Below, piece by piece: positions 18,723-29,353 of a DNA stretch of 64,000 nt. A model generated the notes under the pieces. The model ran no database searches. It was not told where the DNA came from and saw only the letters and a program-made list of their open reading frames with translations. The stretch comes from Clostridium sp. Its GTDB lineage: Bacteria > Bacillota > Clostridia > Clostridiales > Clostridiaceae. The stretch spans positions 15,423 to 79,422 of the forward strand of contig JALENK010000009.1 of NCBI GenBank assembly GCA_022767515.1, read 5' to 3'. Made by a program: the position numbers and the translations under genes. Each line of letters begins with the position of its first letter. The stretch's first letter is position 1.

Positions 18723-19724
18723 TTATTTATATATCTGATCAAACACTTTACCATCAGCAAAAAAGTCATTATATGCTTTTTTCCATCCTCCAAAATCATC
18801 AATTTTAGACATTTTTATATTCAAATCAAATTTATCTGCATATTCTTTAAGTATTTCAGGATTAGTTGGTCTATAATAATTTTCTGCTATTAGTCTTTGA
18901 TTATCCTCATCATATAAATAATTTATATATGCTTTAGATACCTCCAAAGTATTATTATTATTTACATTTTCATCTACTATTGCCACTGAAGGCTCTGCAA
19001 GAATACTAATACTTGGTGATATAATTTCATATTCATCCTTCTTATCCTTAAGGGTTAAATAAGCTTCATTTTCCCAAGCAATCAATACATCCCCTTGACC
19101 ATTTTCTACAAATGTAGTGGTAGAAGCTCTAGCCCCTGAATCTAAAATCAAAACATTTTGATAAAGCTTTTTTATAAAATCCTTTATTTTATCTTCATCA
19201 CCATTATATTTTTCCTTTGCATATGACCACGCCGCAAGAAAATTCCAGCAAGCTCCACCAGAGCTTTTAGGATTAGGTGTTATTACCTCAACATCATCTC
19301 TTATCAAATCGTCCCAATCCTTTATTTGTTTTGGATTGTCCTTTCTAACTAAAAATACTATTGTAGAATTATATGGGGCACTATTATTACCAAACTCATC
19401 AATCCACCCCTCATCAATTAAGCCCTGCTCCTTAATAGCATCAATATCTCTTGCAAGAGCTAGTGTAACTACATCTGCATTATTTCCTTCAATAACAGAT
19501 CTTGCTTGTTTTCCAGAACCTCCATGTGATTGAATTATTTCAACATCCTGTCCTGTTTTGTCCTTCCAATACTTCATAAACCTTTCATTATACTGTTCAT
19601 AAAGTTCCCTTGTAGGATCATAGGAAACATTAACAATTTCTATATAATTATTAGCTTTAATACTACATCCAGATAATAAGCTCATCATTATCACAATACT
19701 AATTATTGTTTTTATTCTTTTCAT
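18723..19724 (-). CDS. sbp: Sulfate-binding lipoprotein
   Basis: Lipobox LSGC, NVSYDPTRELY, QSHGGSGKQAR, PNPKSSGGA, WENEA. Confidence 0.93.
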   Translation of the reverse strand: MKRIKTIISIVIMMSLLSGCSIKANNYIEIVNVSYDPTRELYEQYNERFMKYWKDKTGQDVEIIQSHGGSGKQARSVIEGNNADVVTLALARDIDAIKEQGLIDEGWIDEFGNNSAPYNSTIVFLVRKDNPKQIKDWDDLIRDDVEVITPNPKSSGGACWNFLAAWSYAKEKYNGDEDKIKDFIKKLYQNVLILDSGARASTTTFVENGQGDVLIAWENEAYLTLKDKKDEYEIISPSISILAEPSVAIVDENVNNNNTLEVSKAYINYLYDEDNQRLIAENYYRPTNPEILKEYADKFDLNIKMSKIDDFGGWKKAYNDFFADGKVFDQIYK

Positions 19725-19746
19725 CTATATCACCTTTTTCATATAT

Positions 19747-19767
19747 TTCATATAAGTTTAATATGAA
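19747..19767. promoter_or_regulatory. Palindromic operator candidate upstream of sbp
   Basis: TTCATAT-N7-ATATGAA just upstream of the RBS. Regulator unknown. Confidence 0.35.
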
Positions 19768-19800
19768 TTAAAACTGCAACCGATGTGATTATTATATCTG

Positions 19801-19830
19801 ATATTGAGTAATAAGTATAATACTCAATAT
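19801..19830. promoter_or_regulatory. Perfect 10-bp inverted repeat in the sulfate operon leader
   Basis: ATATTGAGTA-N10-TACTCAATAT. Confidence 0.4.
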
Positions 19831-19841
19831 TTATTAGTGGT

Positions 19842-19858
19842 TATAGTTAATACCTATA
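19842..19858. promoter_or_regulatory. LysR-type (MetR/CmbR-like) binding site candidate
   Basis: TATAG-N7-CTATA palindrome containing the T-N11-A core, upstream of a sulfur-assimilation operon. Confidence 0.55.
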
Positions 19859-19870
19859 TCTACTAAATAT

Positions 19871-19911
19871 AAAGAAGTCTAGATAACAGACAAAATAACT
19901 GTTATCTAGAC
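19871..19911 (-). terminator. Terminator of the nusB-recN operon
   Basis: 13-bp stem GTCTAGATAACAG-N9-CTGTTATCTAGAC followed by TTCTTT on the minus strand, right after the recN stop. Confidence 0.75.
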
Positions 19912-19914
19912 CTT

Positions 19915-21618
19915 TTAGCTATTATAAATATTTTTTATCTCATTTTTTTTATTAATCGAAAACTCAAGCATCTCCCTGACATTTTTTATTGTAGTATCAG
20001 TAACATCATCTCCACCAAGCATTGAGGCAACTTGTTTTATCTTATCTTCTTCTTCTAAAAGTTTAACTTTTGTATAAGTTTTTCCATCAACTACTTCTTT
20101 GGAAACAAAATAATGATAGTCTGATAAGATAGCGATTTGAGGCAAATGAGTTATACATAATACTTGATGCCCTAATGATACTTGATACATCTTTTCTCCA
20201 ACACGTTGCCCAACCTGTCCGCTTATTCCGGTATCAATTTCATCAAAAATTAATGTAGATATTTCTTCTTTATCTGCAAATACACATTTTAAAGCAAGCA
20301 TTATTCTTGATAACTCTCCTCCAGATAATACCTTTTCAAGAGGTTTTAATGGCTCTCCTGGATTAGTTGAAATAAAGAAAGCTACCTCATCAAATCCTCT
20401 TTCATTATAATTTTCACTCATATTAACTTGAATTTCCATTCTAGATTTATCAAGCCCTACATAAGCTAATTCATCTAAAATTTTTGTTTCTAATAATTGC
20501 TTACTATTAACTCGTAACTTGTGAAGAATTTCTCCCTCTTTTTTCATCTTTAAAAGAATTTCTTCTTTTTCTAACTCTAATTTTTTGATTACTTCCTTAG
20601 CATTAATCAAATCGTCATACTGTTTGCATAAAGAATTGTAATATTCAATTACTTCTTCTACAGTCTTTCCATACTTTTTCTTATATGTATTTATTTCATA
20701 TATTCTTTCATTTATCTTAGAAAGCTTATCCTCATCATAGACAATTTCCTCTGCCATATCTCTTATATCCCTACTGCTTTCCTCAAGAATATAATAAGCC
20801 TCTTCAATCGCCTGCTTCTTTTCCTCTATATCTTTAACGTTATTACTCACAGAAGATAGCTCAGAAATGACCTTTGACAAACATTCTAAAATTGAATTTC
20901 CATCTTCTCTGGAATTTAAAAGTCCAAAGCTAACCCTTAATGCACTATTTATCTTTTCTGCATTTGAAAGCTTTTCATACTCCATCTTAAGCTCTTCTTC
21001 TTCACCAGATTTAAGCTTTGCCTTTTCTATATCATCAATTTGAAATTTAGTATAATCTATAAGCTTTTCATTTCCCTCTTCACCATTAATCTTAGAAATT
21101 CTATCAATGATTTCTGATAACTCTTCTTTAAGCTTTAAAAAGTTTTTTAATGGTTCATTTATTTTCTCTCCAATGTAATTATCTAAATATTCAATATGAA
21201 TGCTTCTTTGTAATAAATTCTGATTCTGATGCTGTCCATGTATATCTAAAATCTTTTCCCTTATTTTCTTTAACTGCATTACAATTAAACTTTTGCCATT
21301 AACCTTTATTATATTCTTACCACTTAATGTACTTTCTCTTGATATTATTAGTATATCCTCATATTCTATTTCCAATTCATCTAAAATACTCTTTATTTTA
21401 TCATTATCAATAGAAAATATAGCTTCTACAAAGGTCTTATCTGCATTTGTCCTAATTATATCTTTAGAAAATTTTCCACCTAAAACAAAATCAATAGCAT
21501 CTATTAATATTGATTTACCCGCTCCTGTTTCACCTGATAATATATTGAAACCTTCCTTGAATTCCATATTAACTTCTTCAATAAGAGCAAAATTTTTAAT
21601 ATTTAATTGTATTAACAT
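19915..21618 (-). CDS. recN: DNA repair protein RecN
   Basis: NFALIE, SGETGAGKSILIDA, DIHGQHQ, SGGELSRIMLA, IFDEIDTGISG, ITHLPQIA. Confidence 0.97.
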   Translation of the reverse strand: MLIQLNIKNFALIEEVNMEFKEGFNILSGETGAGKSILIDAIDFVLGGKFSKDIIRTNADKTFVEAIFSIDNDKIKSILDELEIEYEDILIISRESTLSGKNIIKVNGKSLIVMQLKKIREKILDIHGQHQNQNLLQRSIHIEYLDNYIGEKINEPLKNFLKLKEELSEIIDRISKINGEEGNEKLIDYTKFQIDDIEKAKLKSGEEEELKMEYEKLSNAEKINSALRVSFGLLNSREDGNSILECLSKVISELSSVSNNVKDIEEKKQAIEEAYYILEESSRDIRDMAEEIVYDEDKLSKINERIYEINTYKKKYGKTVEEVIEYYNSLCKQYDDLINAKEVIKKLELEKEEILLKMKKEGEILHKLRVNSKQLLETKILDELAYVGLDKSRMEIQVNMSENYNERGFDEVAFFISTNPGEPLKPLEKVLSGGELSRIMLALKCVFADKEEISTLIFDEIDTGISGQVGQRVGEKMYQVSLGHQVLCITHLPQIAILSDYHYFVSKEVVDGKTYTKVKLLEEEDKIKQVASMLGGDDVTDTTIKNVREMLEFSINKKNEIKNIYNS

Positions 21619-21632
21619 CCTCTACCACCCTG

Positions 21633-22070
21633 TTATATAAGTTTTTCAATCTCAGACACTAACTTTTCTGCTGCCTCGTCTGTCCTTAGCATTATGAATA
21701 TTGTATTTTCTCCTGCAATAGTCCCTGCAATATCACTAAATCCAAAACCATCTATTGCTTCTGCAACTGGTGCTGCCCCTGCTGAAACAGTTTTTACAAC
21801 TACCATTTTATCTATATTCTCAACAGAAACAATCAGATTGGCTATTATAGTATTAATTTTATTACTTTCCTTAGTTTGAGGTGCTGAATATTTATATATT
21901 CCATTGTAATCCTGTGTCTTCATCAGTCTTAAAGTTTTTATATCTCTTGAAACTGTAGACTGTGTAACATCAAATCCTGCTTGCCTTAATTCTTCTGATA
22001 GTTCTTCCTGAGTATAAATATCTTTTTTACTTATTATTTCTAATATCTTCAAATGTCTCTTTGATTTCAC
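21633..22070 (-). CDS. argR: Arginine repressor
   Basis: TQEEL, VTQSTVSRDI, GTIAGENTIFI. Lies between nadK and recN. Confidence 0.93.
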   Translation of the reverse strand: MKSKRHLKILEIISKKDIYTQEELSEELRQAGFDVTQSTVSRDIKTLRLMKTQDYNGIYKYSAPQTKESNKINTIIANLIVSVENIDKMVVVKTVSAGAAPVAEAIDGFGFSDIAGTIAGENTIFIMLRTDEAAEKLVSEIEKLI

Positions 22071-22096
22071 AATATATCACCATCTATTTCATAATG

Positions 22097-22921
22097 TTAT
22101 AATAAAATTTTAGATCTTAATACCTTAAAATAATCAAAATCATCAAACAATATTACTTTTATATTATCCTTTGAACGCTTTATATTTATATGTTCCTTCT
22201 GCTCAACCTTGATTGACTTTTGACCATCTGTCGTTAAATATATTTCTTCCTTACCGTTCTCTGGAATAACTTCTATTTTACTATCACCACTTAACACGAT
22301 AGTCTGACAATTTTTTGTATGAGCACAAATTGGTGTTAGTGTAATTAGATTTAAATTAGGATAAATTATCGGTCCTCCAGCTGAGTAATTATAAGCAGTA
22401 GAGCCTGTTGGAGTTGACACTATGAGACCATCACCTCTAAACGTACAGTAGAATTTATCATCTACATAAATTTTAAATTCTATTATTCTTGATACTGTTC
22501 CTCTAGAAATCACAACATCATTTAATGCACTTCCAAAAAACCTATCATCAGTAGCTCCGATTGTGCAATCAAGTCTCATTCTATTTTCTACAGTATATTG
22601 TTTATTTTTTAACTTTCTAAGTGCTTCCTCTACACAAGCAAACTCAGCCCCGGTTAAAAATCCTAAATTACCTAAGTTTATTCCAAGCAGTGGAATAGGT
22701 GTCTTTGATTTAATCTCTCTTGCAACATTTAAAAGTGTTCCATCTCCTCCTAATACAACAATTAACTCTATACCTTCAAAATTCATCTTTGCTGTTTCAT
22801 AGGAATTAAATACCACTACTTTTTTTACATCAAAATTCTTTATAAGTTTTTCCTTTATTTCACTAGATATTTTTTGATTAATATCTTTTGAGGGATTAAT
22901 CGCCACTGCTACTTTGTTCAT
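22097..22921 (-). CDS. nadK: NAD kinase
   Basis: LGGDGT, GINLGNLGFL, ALNDVV, DGLIVSTPTGSTAY. Confidence 0.95.
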   Translation of the reverse strand: MNKVAVAINPSKDINQKISSEIKEKLIKNFDVKKVVVFNSYETAKMNFEGIELIVVLGGDGTLLNVAREIKSKTPIPLLGINLGNLGFLTGAEFACVEEALRKLKNKQYTVENRMRLDCTIGATDDRFFGSALNDVVISRGTVSRIIEFKIYVDDKFYCTFRGDGLIVSTPTGSTAYNYSAGGPIIYPNLNLITLTPICAHTKNCQTIVLSGDSKIEVIPENGKEEIYLTTDGQKSIKVEQKEHINIKRSKDNIKVILFDDFDYFKVLRSKILL

Positions 22922-22940
22922 ACCTCGTACTCCTTAAGAA

Positions 22941-23750
22941 TTATATTTCTTTATGTGATGCTTCTACCACTTTATCTATATCTTCCATTTTAAAATTACT
23001 TTCTTTATCGATATTCTTTGTAAAATATACTAGATATTCTATATTACCTTCAGGACCTTTAATTGGAGAATAGCTCACTCCAAGTACATTTAATCCTTTT
23101 TCTGATAGATAATTAATTATAGTTTCAACAACTTCCTTATGTACTTCAATATCACGAACCACACCTTTTTTTCCTACTTTTTCTCGTCCTGCTTCAAACT
23201 GTGGCTTAATAAGTGCAACTACTTCTCCTACATCTGATAATAATCCTATAGTTGCATCCATGATTTTAGTTAATGATATGAATGATACATCAATTGATGC
23301 AAAGTCTATCTTTTCTCCAATATCCTCTGTCTTTACATATCTTATGTTAGTTCTTTCCATGCAAACTACTCTTTCGTCTACTCTTAATTTCCAAGCAAAC
23401 TGTCCATATCCAACATCAACTGAATATACCTTCTTTGCTCCATTTTGAAGCATACAATCAGTAAATCCTCCAGTAGATGCTCCTATATCCATACATACCT
23501 TGTTATTTAAATCAATTGGAAATTCTTTCATTGCCTTTTCAAGTTTTAATCCACCACGACTCACATACTTTAATTTTTTCCCTTTAAATTCTATATTAGC
23601 ATCTACTGGCACCTTTTCTCCTGCCTTATCAATTCTTCTTTCATTAACAAATATTTCCCCAGCCATAATACTTGTTTTAGCTTTCTCTCTAGACTCAATA
23701 ATGCCTCTTTCTACTAATAACACATCAAGTCTTTCTTTTTTTTCTGCCAT
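22941..23750 (-). CDS. tlyA: TlyA-family rRNA methyltransferase
   Basis: S4 domain RLDVLL, YVSRGGLKL, DIGASTGGFTD, DVSFISL, LIKPQFE. Confidence 0.95.
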   Translation of the reverse strand: MAEKKERLDVLLVERGIIESREKAKTSIMAGEIFVNERRIDKAGEKVPVDANIEFKGKKLKYVSRGGLKLEKAMKEFPIDLNNKVCMDIGASTGGFTDCMLQNGAKKVYSVDVGYGQFAWKLRVDERVVCMERTNIRYVKTEDIGEKIDFASIDVSFISLTKIMDATIGLLSDVGEVVALIKPQFEAGREKVGKKGVVRDIEVHKEVVETIINYLSEKGLNVLGVSYSPIKGPEGNIEYLVYFTKNIDKESNFKMEDIDKVVEASHKEI

Positions 23751-23754
23751 AAAA

Positions 23755-25626
23755 TTACTCCTCAACTTTTTCTAGCTTTTTTACAGTTTTTTCAATTCCT
23801 TGTGCATCTAAACCATACTCTTTGTATATATTATTTACACTATCTTGTTCTACAAATCTATCTCTATATCCAAGATTTTCAATTTTTCCTCTAAAACCAT
23901 TATTATACAAATAACAATCTATCGCTTCTCCAAGACCACCATGTAAAATATTATCCTCTACAGTTACTATAGTATAATTTTCCTTATTAAGTGCATTTAA
24001 CATTTCTTCATCAAGAGGCTTAATAAATAGGGCATTAATAACCTTGCATTCTATATTCTGCTCCTTTAACTTTTGAGCTGCAATATATGCAAACTGTACC
24101 ATTTTTCCTGTAGCTATTATAGCAATCTTATCCTTTCCATGTATTAGCTCTTCCCACTTACCATATTCAATATTTTTTACTGGCTTCATATCATCAATAA
24201 AGTCATCCCCTTTGGGATATCTAATGGCAACAGGTGAATTTTTATTTATCGCATATTTCATAATATATCTTAATTCAGCTATGCACTTTGGAGCCATAAT
24301 TGTCATGTTTGGCATCATAGATAAATAAGAAATATCCATAATTCCTTGATGGGTTTCTCCATCCTGCCCCACAACTCCAGCCCTATCAATACAGAAAGTA
24401 ACTGGCAAATTTTGAATGCATACATCATGAAGAATTTCATCATATGCCCTTTGAAGAAATGTAGAGTAAACAGCAAATATTGGCTTTATTCCAACACACG
24501 CCATCCCAGCCGCCATAGTTACTGCATGCTCTTCAGCTATTCCAACATCAAAAAATCTATCAGGAAACTCTTTAGAAAACCTTCTAAGTCCTGTTCCATC
24601 AGGCATAGCTGCTGTAATTGCAACTATTTTTTCATCTTCCCTTGCCATATCTATTAAATTAGTTCCAAATTCTTTCGAATATGAATTTTGTTGTTTTTTA
24701 ACAACTTCACCTGTTTCCATATTAAAAGGTCCAATACCATGAAACTTCCAAGGACTCTTCTCTGCTAGTTCATAGCCCTTTCCTTTTTGCGTATTAATAT
24801 GTATAACAACAGGTCCATTAATATCCTTCGTTTTATCAAAAACCTCAATAAGCTGTTCAATATTATGTCCATCTATAGGTCCTACATACTTTATGCCCAT
24901 ATCCTCAAATATCATTGATGGTACTACAAGCTGTTTTATACTCCCCTTAATTTTGGAAATAGATGTCAGCATTGTTCTTCCTATATCTGTAGACTTTAAT
25001 CTTTCATTTATTCCATTCTTTAAATTATTGTATCCTGGCTGTATTCTTATATTATTAAAATACTTTGAAAGTGCTCCAACATTATTTGCTATAGACATCT
25101 GGTTATCATTAAATATTATTGTAAGCTTAGTTTTATTAAATCCTATATCATTTAACGCTTCAAATGCCAATCCTCCAGTTAATGCACCATCTCCAATAAC
25201 TGCTACAACGTGGTAATCCTTTTTCATAATATCTCTAGCACGTGCCATTCCAATAGCAGCTGATATAGATGTGCTACTATGTCCAGTATCAAATGCATCA
25301 TATTTACTTTCATTTCTTTTAGGAAATCCACATATGCCATCTTTTTGTCTAAGTGTACTAAACTTATCTTTTCTGCCAGTCAATATCTTATGCACATAAC
25401 TTTGATGCCCTACATCATATATTATTTTATCTTTCTCTAAATCAAAGCATTTAAATAAACACATTGTAAGTTCTACAATACCTAAATTAGATGCTAAATG
25501 ACCTCCTGTTTTTGATACACTCTTAACAAGAAATTTTCTAATTTCTTGACCTAAAGCTTCTAATTCTTGATTATTTAATGTTTTAATATCTTCTGGAAAT
25601 TTCATATTTTTAAGATAATCCGACAT
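23755..25626 (-). CDS. dxs: 1-deoxy-D-xylulose-5-phosphate synthase
   Basis: GGHLASNLG, DVGHQSY, GHSSTSIS, GDGALTGG, DVGIAEEHA, DGETHQG. Confidence 0.97.
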   Translation of the reverse strand: MSDYLKNMKFPEDIKTLNNQELEALGQEIRKFLVKSVSKTGGHLASNLGIVELTMCLFKCFDLEKDKIIYDVGHQSYVHKILTGRKDKFSTLRQKDGICGFPKRNESKYDAFDTGHSSTSISAAIGMARARDIMKKDYHVVAVIGDGALTGGLAFEALNDIGFNKTKLTIIFNDNQMSIANNVGALSKYFNNIRIQPGYNNLKNGINERLKSTDIGRTMLTSISKIKGSIKQLVVPSMIFEDMGIKYVGPIDGHNIEQLIEVFDKTKDINGPVVIHINTQKGKGYELAEKSPWKFHGIGPFNMETGEVVKKQQNSYSKEFGTNLIDMAREDEKIVAITAAMPDGTGLRRFSKEFPDRFFDVGIAEEHAVTMAAGMACVGIKPIFAVYSTFLQRAYDEILHDVCIQNLPVTFCIDRAGVVGQDGETHQGIMDISYLSMMPNMTIMAPKCIAELRYIMKYAINKNSPVAIRYPKGDDFIDDMKPVKNIEYGKWEELIHGKDKIAIIATGKMVQFAYIAAQKLKEQNIECKVINALFIKPLDEEMLNALNKENYTIVTVEDNILHGGLGEAIDCYLYNNGFRGKIENLGYRDRFVEQDSVNNIYKEYGLDAQGIEKTVKKLEKVEE

Positions 25627-25642
25627 ATTAATCAATTCCTTT

Positions 25643-26515
25643 TTATTTTTCTCTATTTAACAACTTAATTGTAATCTCTTTTAATTCTTTAGTGTCCTTA
25701 TCAATAGAATCTAATATTTCTATACATTCATTTGATAAATCTTCACACATTTTTTTACATTTTTCAAGTCCATAAACTGTGATAAAATTACATTTATTTT
25801 CACTAGCATCCTTTTGAATATTTTTTCCTAATTTTCTTACATCTCCAATTATATCTAGTATATCATCTTTTATCTGAAATGCTAATCCTAATTTTCTTCC
25901 AAATAAGTCTAGCTTTTCAATATCTTGATTTGAAGCTTCACCAAGAACCGCACCAGCTACTATTGATGCTCTAATAAGCTCTCCAGTCTTACAAGCATGC
26001 ATAAATCTTAATTCTTCTTCTGATATGCTATCCTTATCTTCAGACAAAATATCTACAATCTGTCCACCAATCATACCTTCCATACCTGCTGCCTCTGATA
26101 TTATAGTGGATGCTTTAAGTGCATTTAATCCATTTTCTATAGAATACTTCATCATAAGAGTATGTGCTTCATTTAAAAGTGCATCTCCAGCTAAAATTGC
26201 AACAGCTTCACCATATACTTTATGATTGGTAGGCTTTCCTCTTCTTAAATCATCATTATCCATAGCTGGTAAATCATCATGAATTAATGAATAAGTATGA
26301 ATCATTTCTATAGATGCTGCCATTTCAATAATATCTTGATATGTGTCCTTATAAATCAAATAAGCTAGGCACATAAGAATAGGTCTTACTCTCTTACCTC
26401 CAACGTTTAAACTATAACCCGCTGATTCATAAACTATTTTATTATACGAACCCTTATTTTTAAAATATTCCTCTAAAAAATTTTCTATACTTTCTTTAAT
26501 TTCATTAATTTCCAT
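25643..26515 (-). CDS. ispA: Farnesyl diphosphate synthase (polyprenyl synthetase)
   Basis: GGKRVRP, SLIHDDLPAMDNDDLRRG, FQIKDDILD. Confidence 0.93.
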   Translation of the reverse strand: MEINEIKESIENFLEEYFKNKGSYNKIVYESAGYSLNVGGKRVRPILMCLAYLIYKDTYQDIIEMAASIEMIHTYSLIHDDLPAMDNDDLRRGKPTNHKVYGEAVAILAGDALLNEAHTLMMKYSIENGLNALKASTIISEAAGMEGMIGGQIVDILSEDKDSISEEELRFMHACKTGELIRASIVAGAVLGEASNQDIEKLDLFGRKLGLAFQIKDDILDIIGDVRKLGKNIQKDASENKCNFITVYGLEKCKKMCEDLSNECIEILDSIDKDTKELKEITIKLLNREK

Positions 26516-26726
26516 TTTCTTCCCCTAACTCTTTTTCAGTATTTTCCTTGATAACTGTAATTTTACCTTCTAAAGTATTAAGCATTTTATATAACTTATT
26601 AACAAGCTTAGTTCCCTCTTCATAGGCTTTAATTGAATCATCTAAATTCAATTCTTCCTCCTCAAGTGATTTTAATACTTCTTGAAGCTTAACTAATGTC
26701 TCTTCATAACTTTCTTTCTTAGCCAT
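26505..26726 (-). CDS. xseB: Exodeoxyribonuclease VII small subunit
   Basis: SYEE...L...L.LDDSIKAYEEG, adjacent to xseA. Confidence 0.92.
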   Translation of the reverse strand: MAKKESYEETLVKLQEVLKSLEEEELNLDDSIKAYEEGTKLVNKLYKMLNTLEGKITVIKENTEKELGEENGN

Positions 26727-26738
26727 ATATAAACTCTC

Positions 26739-27938
26739 CTAACTAATTGGTTTGAATCTTCCATTTACTGTTCCATCTTTAAATGTCACCTTTAAGTCAC
26801 ATTCTTCCTCTAATTGCTTAGCTGAATTAATTCTATCATTACTATCTGATTCTATTATAGCATATCCCTTAGATAACATATTTATAGGATTATATGCTGT
26901 TAACAAATTATTTAAACCAACCAATTTTTCTTTTTCAATATCTAACTTACTATTAATTAGTTTATCTAATTTCTGTTTATAGTTATCAATTTGAAGATAA
27001 GAATTAGAAATTTTAACTATTGGTGAATTAAGCTTTAATATCCTCTCAAACTTATCTAATTGCTCCTTTTCTCTATTAATTAAGTCCATAATCATTTTAT
27101 TTAAGGCAAGATAGGTATTATCTAATCTTTCGAATATATCTGCTTCAACAGGAACCACCAACTCTGCTGCCTGTGATGGGGTTGCTGCTCTTAAATCACT
27201 CACAAAGTCTGATATAGTAAAATCAACTTCATGTCCTACCGCTGATACAATAGGAAGCTTTGACTTATAAATGCATTCTGCAAGCTCTTCTTCATTAAAA
27301 TTCCAAAGTTCTTCTAAAGAACCTCCTCCACGTCCTATAATTATTACATCCACCGTTTTCTGACTGTTAAAATAATTTATTCCTTCAATTACTTCTTTAT
27401 AGGCATTTTCTCCTTGAACCTTTGCAGGATATAAAACAATATCTACCATGCTATTCCTTCTTCTAGTAACATTTATTATATCTCTAAAAACTGCTCCTGT
27501 TTCAGATGTCACAACTCCTATCCTCTTTACAAATGTAGGAATCGGCTTTTTATGCTTCTCATCAAAATAGCCTTTTTTACCTAGCTTTTCCTTTAACTTT
27601 TCAAATTCAATATATAATTTCCCAATACCTGCTCTTTCGATACTATTACAGTATAACTGCACACTTCCACTTTGAGTATAAACAGAAAGTCTTCCAGAAA
27701 TCACAACCTCAGCTCCCTCTTCAAGAACAAAGGTTAATTTTTCTGCCTGTGACCTAAACATTATACAACTAAGCTTTCCTGAATTATCCTTAATTGAAAA
27801 ATATATATGCCCACTTGAATGATAAGTTAAATTAGAAATCTCTCCTTTTACAGAGAGATTATTTAAAATAAAATCATTATCTACTACTCTTTTTAGATAA
27901 TTATTAACTTCGCTGACAGATAAAACTTTAATTTTCAT
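26739..27938 (-). CDS. xseA: Exodeoxyribonuclease VII large subunit
   Basis: [39 protein letters not shown]. Confidence 0.96.
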   Translation of the reverse strand: MKIKVLSVSEVNNYLKRVVDNDFILNNLSVKGEISNLTYHSSGHIYFSIKDNSGKLSCIMFRSQAEKLTFVLEEGAEVVISGRLSVYTQSGSVQLYCNSIERAGIGKLYIEFEKLKEKLGKKGYFDEKHKKPIPTFVKRIGVVTSETGAVFRDIINVTRRRNSMVDIVLYPAKVQGENAYKEVIEGINYFNSQKTVDVIIIGRGGGSLEELWNFNEEELAECIYKSKLPIVSAVGHEVDFTISDFVSDLRAATPSQAAELVVPVEADIFERLDNTYLALNKMIMDLINREKEQLDKFERILKLNSPIVKISNSYLQIDNYKQKLDKLINSKLDIEKEKLVGLNNLLTAYNPINMLSKGYAIIESDSNDRINSAKQLEEECDLKVTFKDGTVNGRFKPIS

Positions 27939-28776
27939 TTTTAATTAATGCCTCACATGCATTCTTCATAAGTAGAGTAGTAGTAAGAGCACCTACTCCT
28001 CCAGGGACTGGTGTTAAAAATCCTGCCTTTTTGATTACATTATCAAAGTCTACATCCCCTGTTATTTTTCCATTTACTGAAGATGTACCAACATCAATTA
28101 CAATAGCCCCTTCTTTTACAAACTCATCTGTCAAAAACTTAGGTTTTCCAATTGCAACTACTAAAATATCTGCATTTTGACAAACTTCTTTAAGATTCTT
28201 TGTCTTAGAATGACAGATTGTTACAGTAGCATTTTCCTTTAATAAAAGCTGAGCTGCAGGCTTACCCACTATATTACTTCTTCCAAGAACAACGCAATTC
28301 TTTCCTGTAATATCAATATTCAAACTCTTTATAAGTGTAAGTACCGAACGTGGCGTACAAGGAATAAATCCCTCCTCACCAAGATACATCTTTCCAACTG
28401 ACTTACTTGTAAGACAATCTATATCCTTTTTATCATCTATAGCCTCTACTATCTTCTTTTCATCTATATGCTTTGGAAGAGGTACTTGAAGCATAATTCC
28501 ATTAATATCATCATCACTATTTAATCCTTCAATTACCTTAATAAGTTCTTCTTCTGTAGTACTCTCTTCTAAAATAACTTTATTAAACTTTATTCCAAGT
28601 GATATGGCTACTTTTTCCTGATTATTCATATAATAAATCGATCCACCGTCATTACCCACTAATATAGAAGTAACCTCTGGAATTTTCTTTCCTTCACTTA
28701 CTCTCTTTGAAATAAATTCCTTTATTTCTTCCTTTACCTTTAATGCTACTTCTTTACCATTAATTATTTCACCCAT
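27928..28776 (-). CDS. folD: Methylenetetrahydrofolate dehydrogenase (FolD)
   Basis: [31 protein letters not shown]. Confidence 0.95.
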   Translation of the reverse strand: MGEIINGKEVALKVKEEIKEFISKRVSEGKKIPEVTSILVGNDGGSIYYMNNQEKVAISLGIKFNKVILEESTTEEELIKVIEGLNSDDDINGIMLQVPLPKHIDEKKIVEAIDDKKDIDCLTSKSVGKMYLGEEGFIPCTPRSVLTLIKSLNIDITGKNCVVLGRSNIVGKPAAQLLLKENATVTICHSKTKNLKEVCQNADILVVAIGKPKFLTDEFVKEGAIVIDVGTSSVNGKITGDVDFDNVIKKAGFLTPVPGGVGALTTTLLMKNACEALIKNEN

Positions 28777-28788
28777 CTAACATCACTC

Positions 28789-29193
28789 CTACATGCTCTT
28801 TAATATTGCATCTAAAACTCCATTTACAAATGAAACGCTCTTTTCATCAGAATATTTCTTACAAATTTCTATAGCTTCATTAAGTGCAACCTTATCTGGA
28901 ACATCATCTACATACTTCATCTCATATACTGCTATTCTAAGTATTGCCAAATTTACTTTTGATATACGTTCAATTTTCCAATTTTTTAGATTTTTTTCTA
29001 TAAGTGCATCAATTTCTTCATGCTTTTCTTCAATTCCTAAAAGAATGTTCTTTATGTAATCTAAATCTAATTGTGACTTATCACCTTCAAATTCATCAAG
29101 ATAATTTTCAATTACCTCATCAACACTTTCTTTAGTAATTCCCTTACTAAATAATACTTTCATAGCTTCTTCTCTAGATATTTTTCTTCCCAT
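28789..29193 (-). CDS. nusB: Transcription antitermination factor NusB
   Basis: RKISRE, WKIERI, AILRIAVYE, NEAIEICKKY, FVNGVLD. Confidence 0.95.
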   Translation of the reverse strand: MGRKISREEAMKVLFSKGITKESVDEVIENYLDEFEGDKSQLDLDYIKNILLGIEEKHEEIDALIEKNLKNWKIERISKVNLAILRIAVYEMKYVDDVPDKVALNEAIEICKKYSDEKSVSFVNGVLDAILKSM

Positions 29194-29281
29194 TTCGCCC
29201 TCCAAATATATTTTTTAATATATTAAACATTTAGTTTTATTTTATCACAAAGCCCAATAATATAGAAGAAGAATTTTCATA

Positions 29282-29317
29282 CGAACACTTGTTCTTTTAT
29301 TGATAATGATTTATACT
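29282..29317 (+). promoter_or_regulatory. LexA (SOS/Cheo) box overlapping a sigmaA -35
   Basis: CGAAC-ACTT-GTTC at 29282-29294. TTGTTC (29289-94)-17 nt-TATACT (29312-17). Confidence 0.75.
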
Positions 29318-29353
29318 AATAATAACAATAATTGAAAGTATGGTGAAAAGTTT

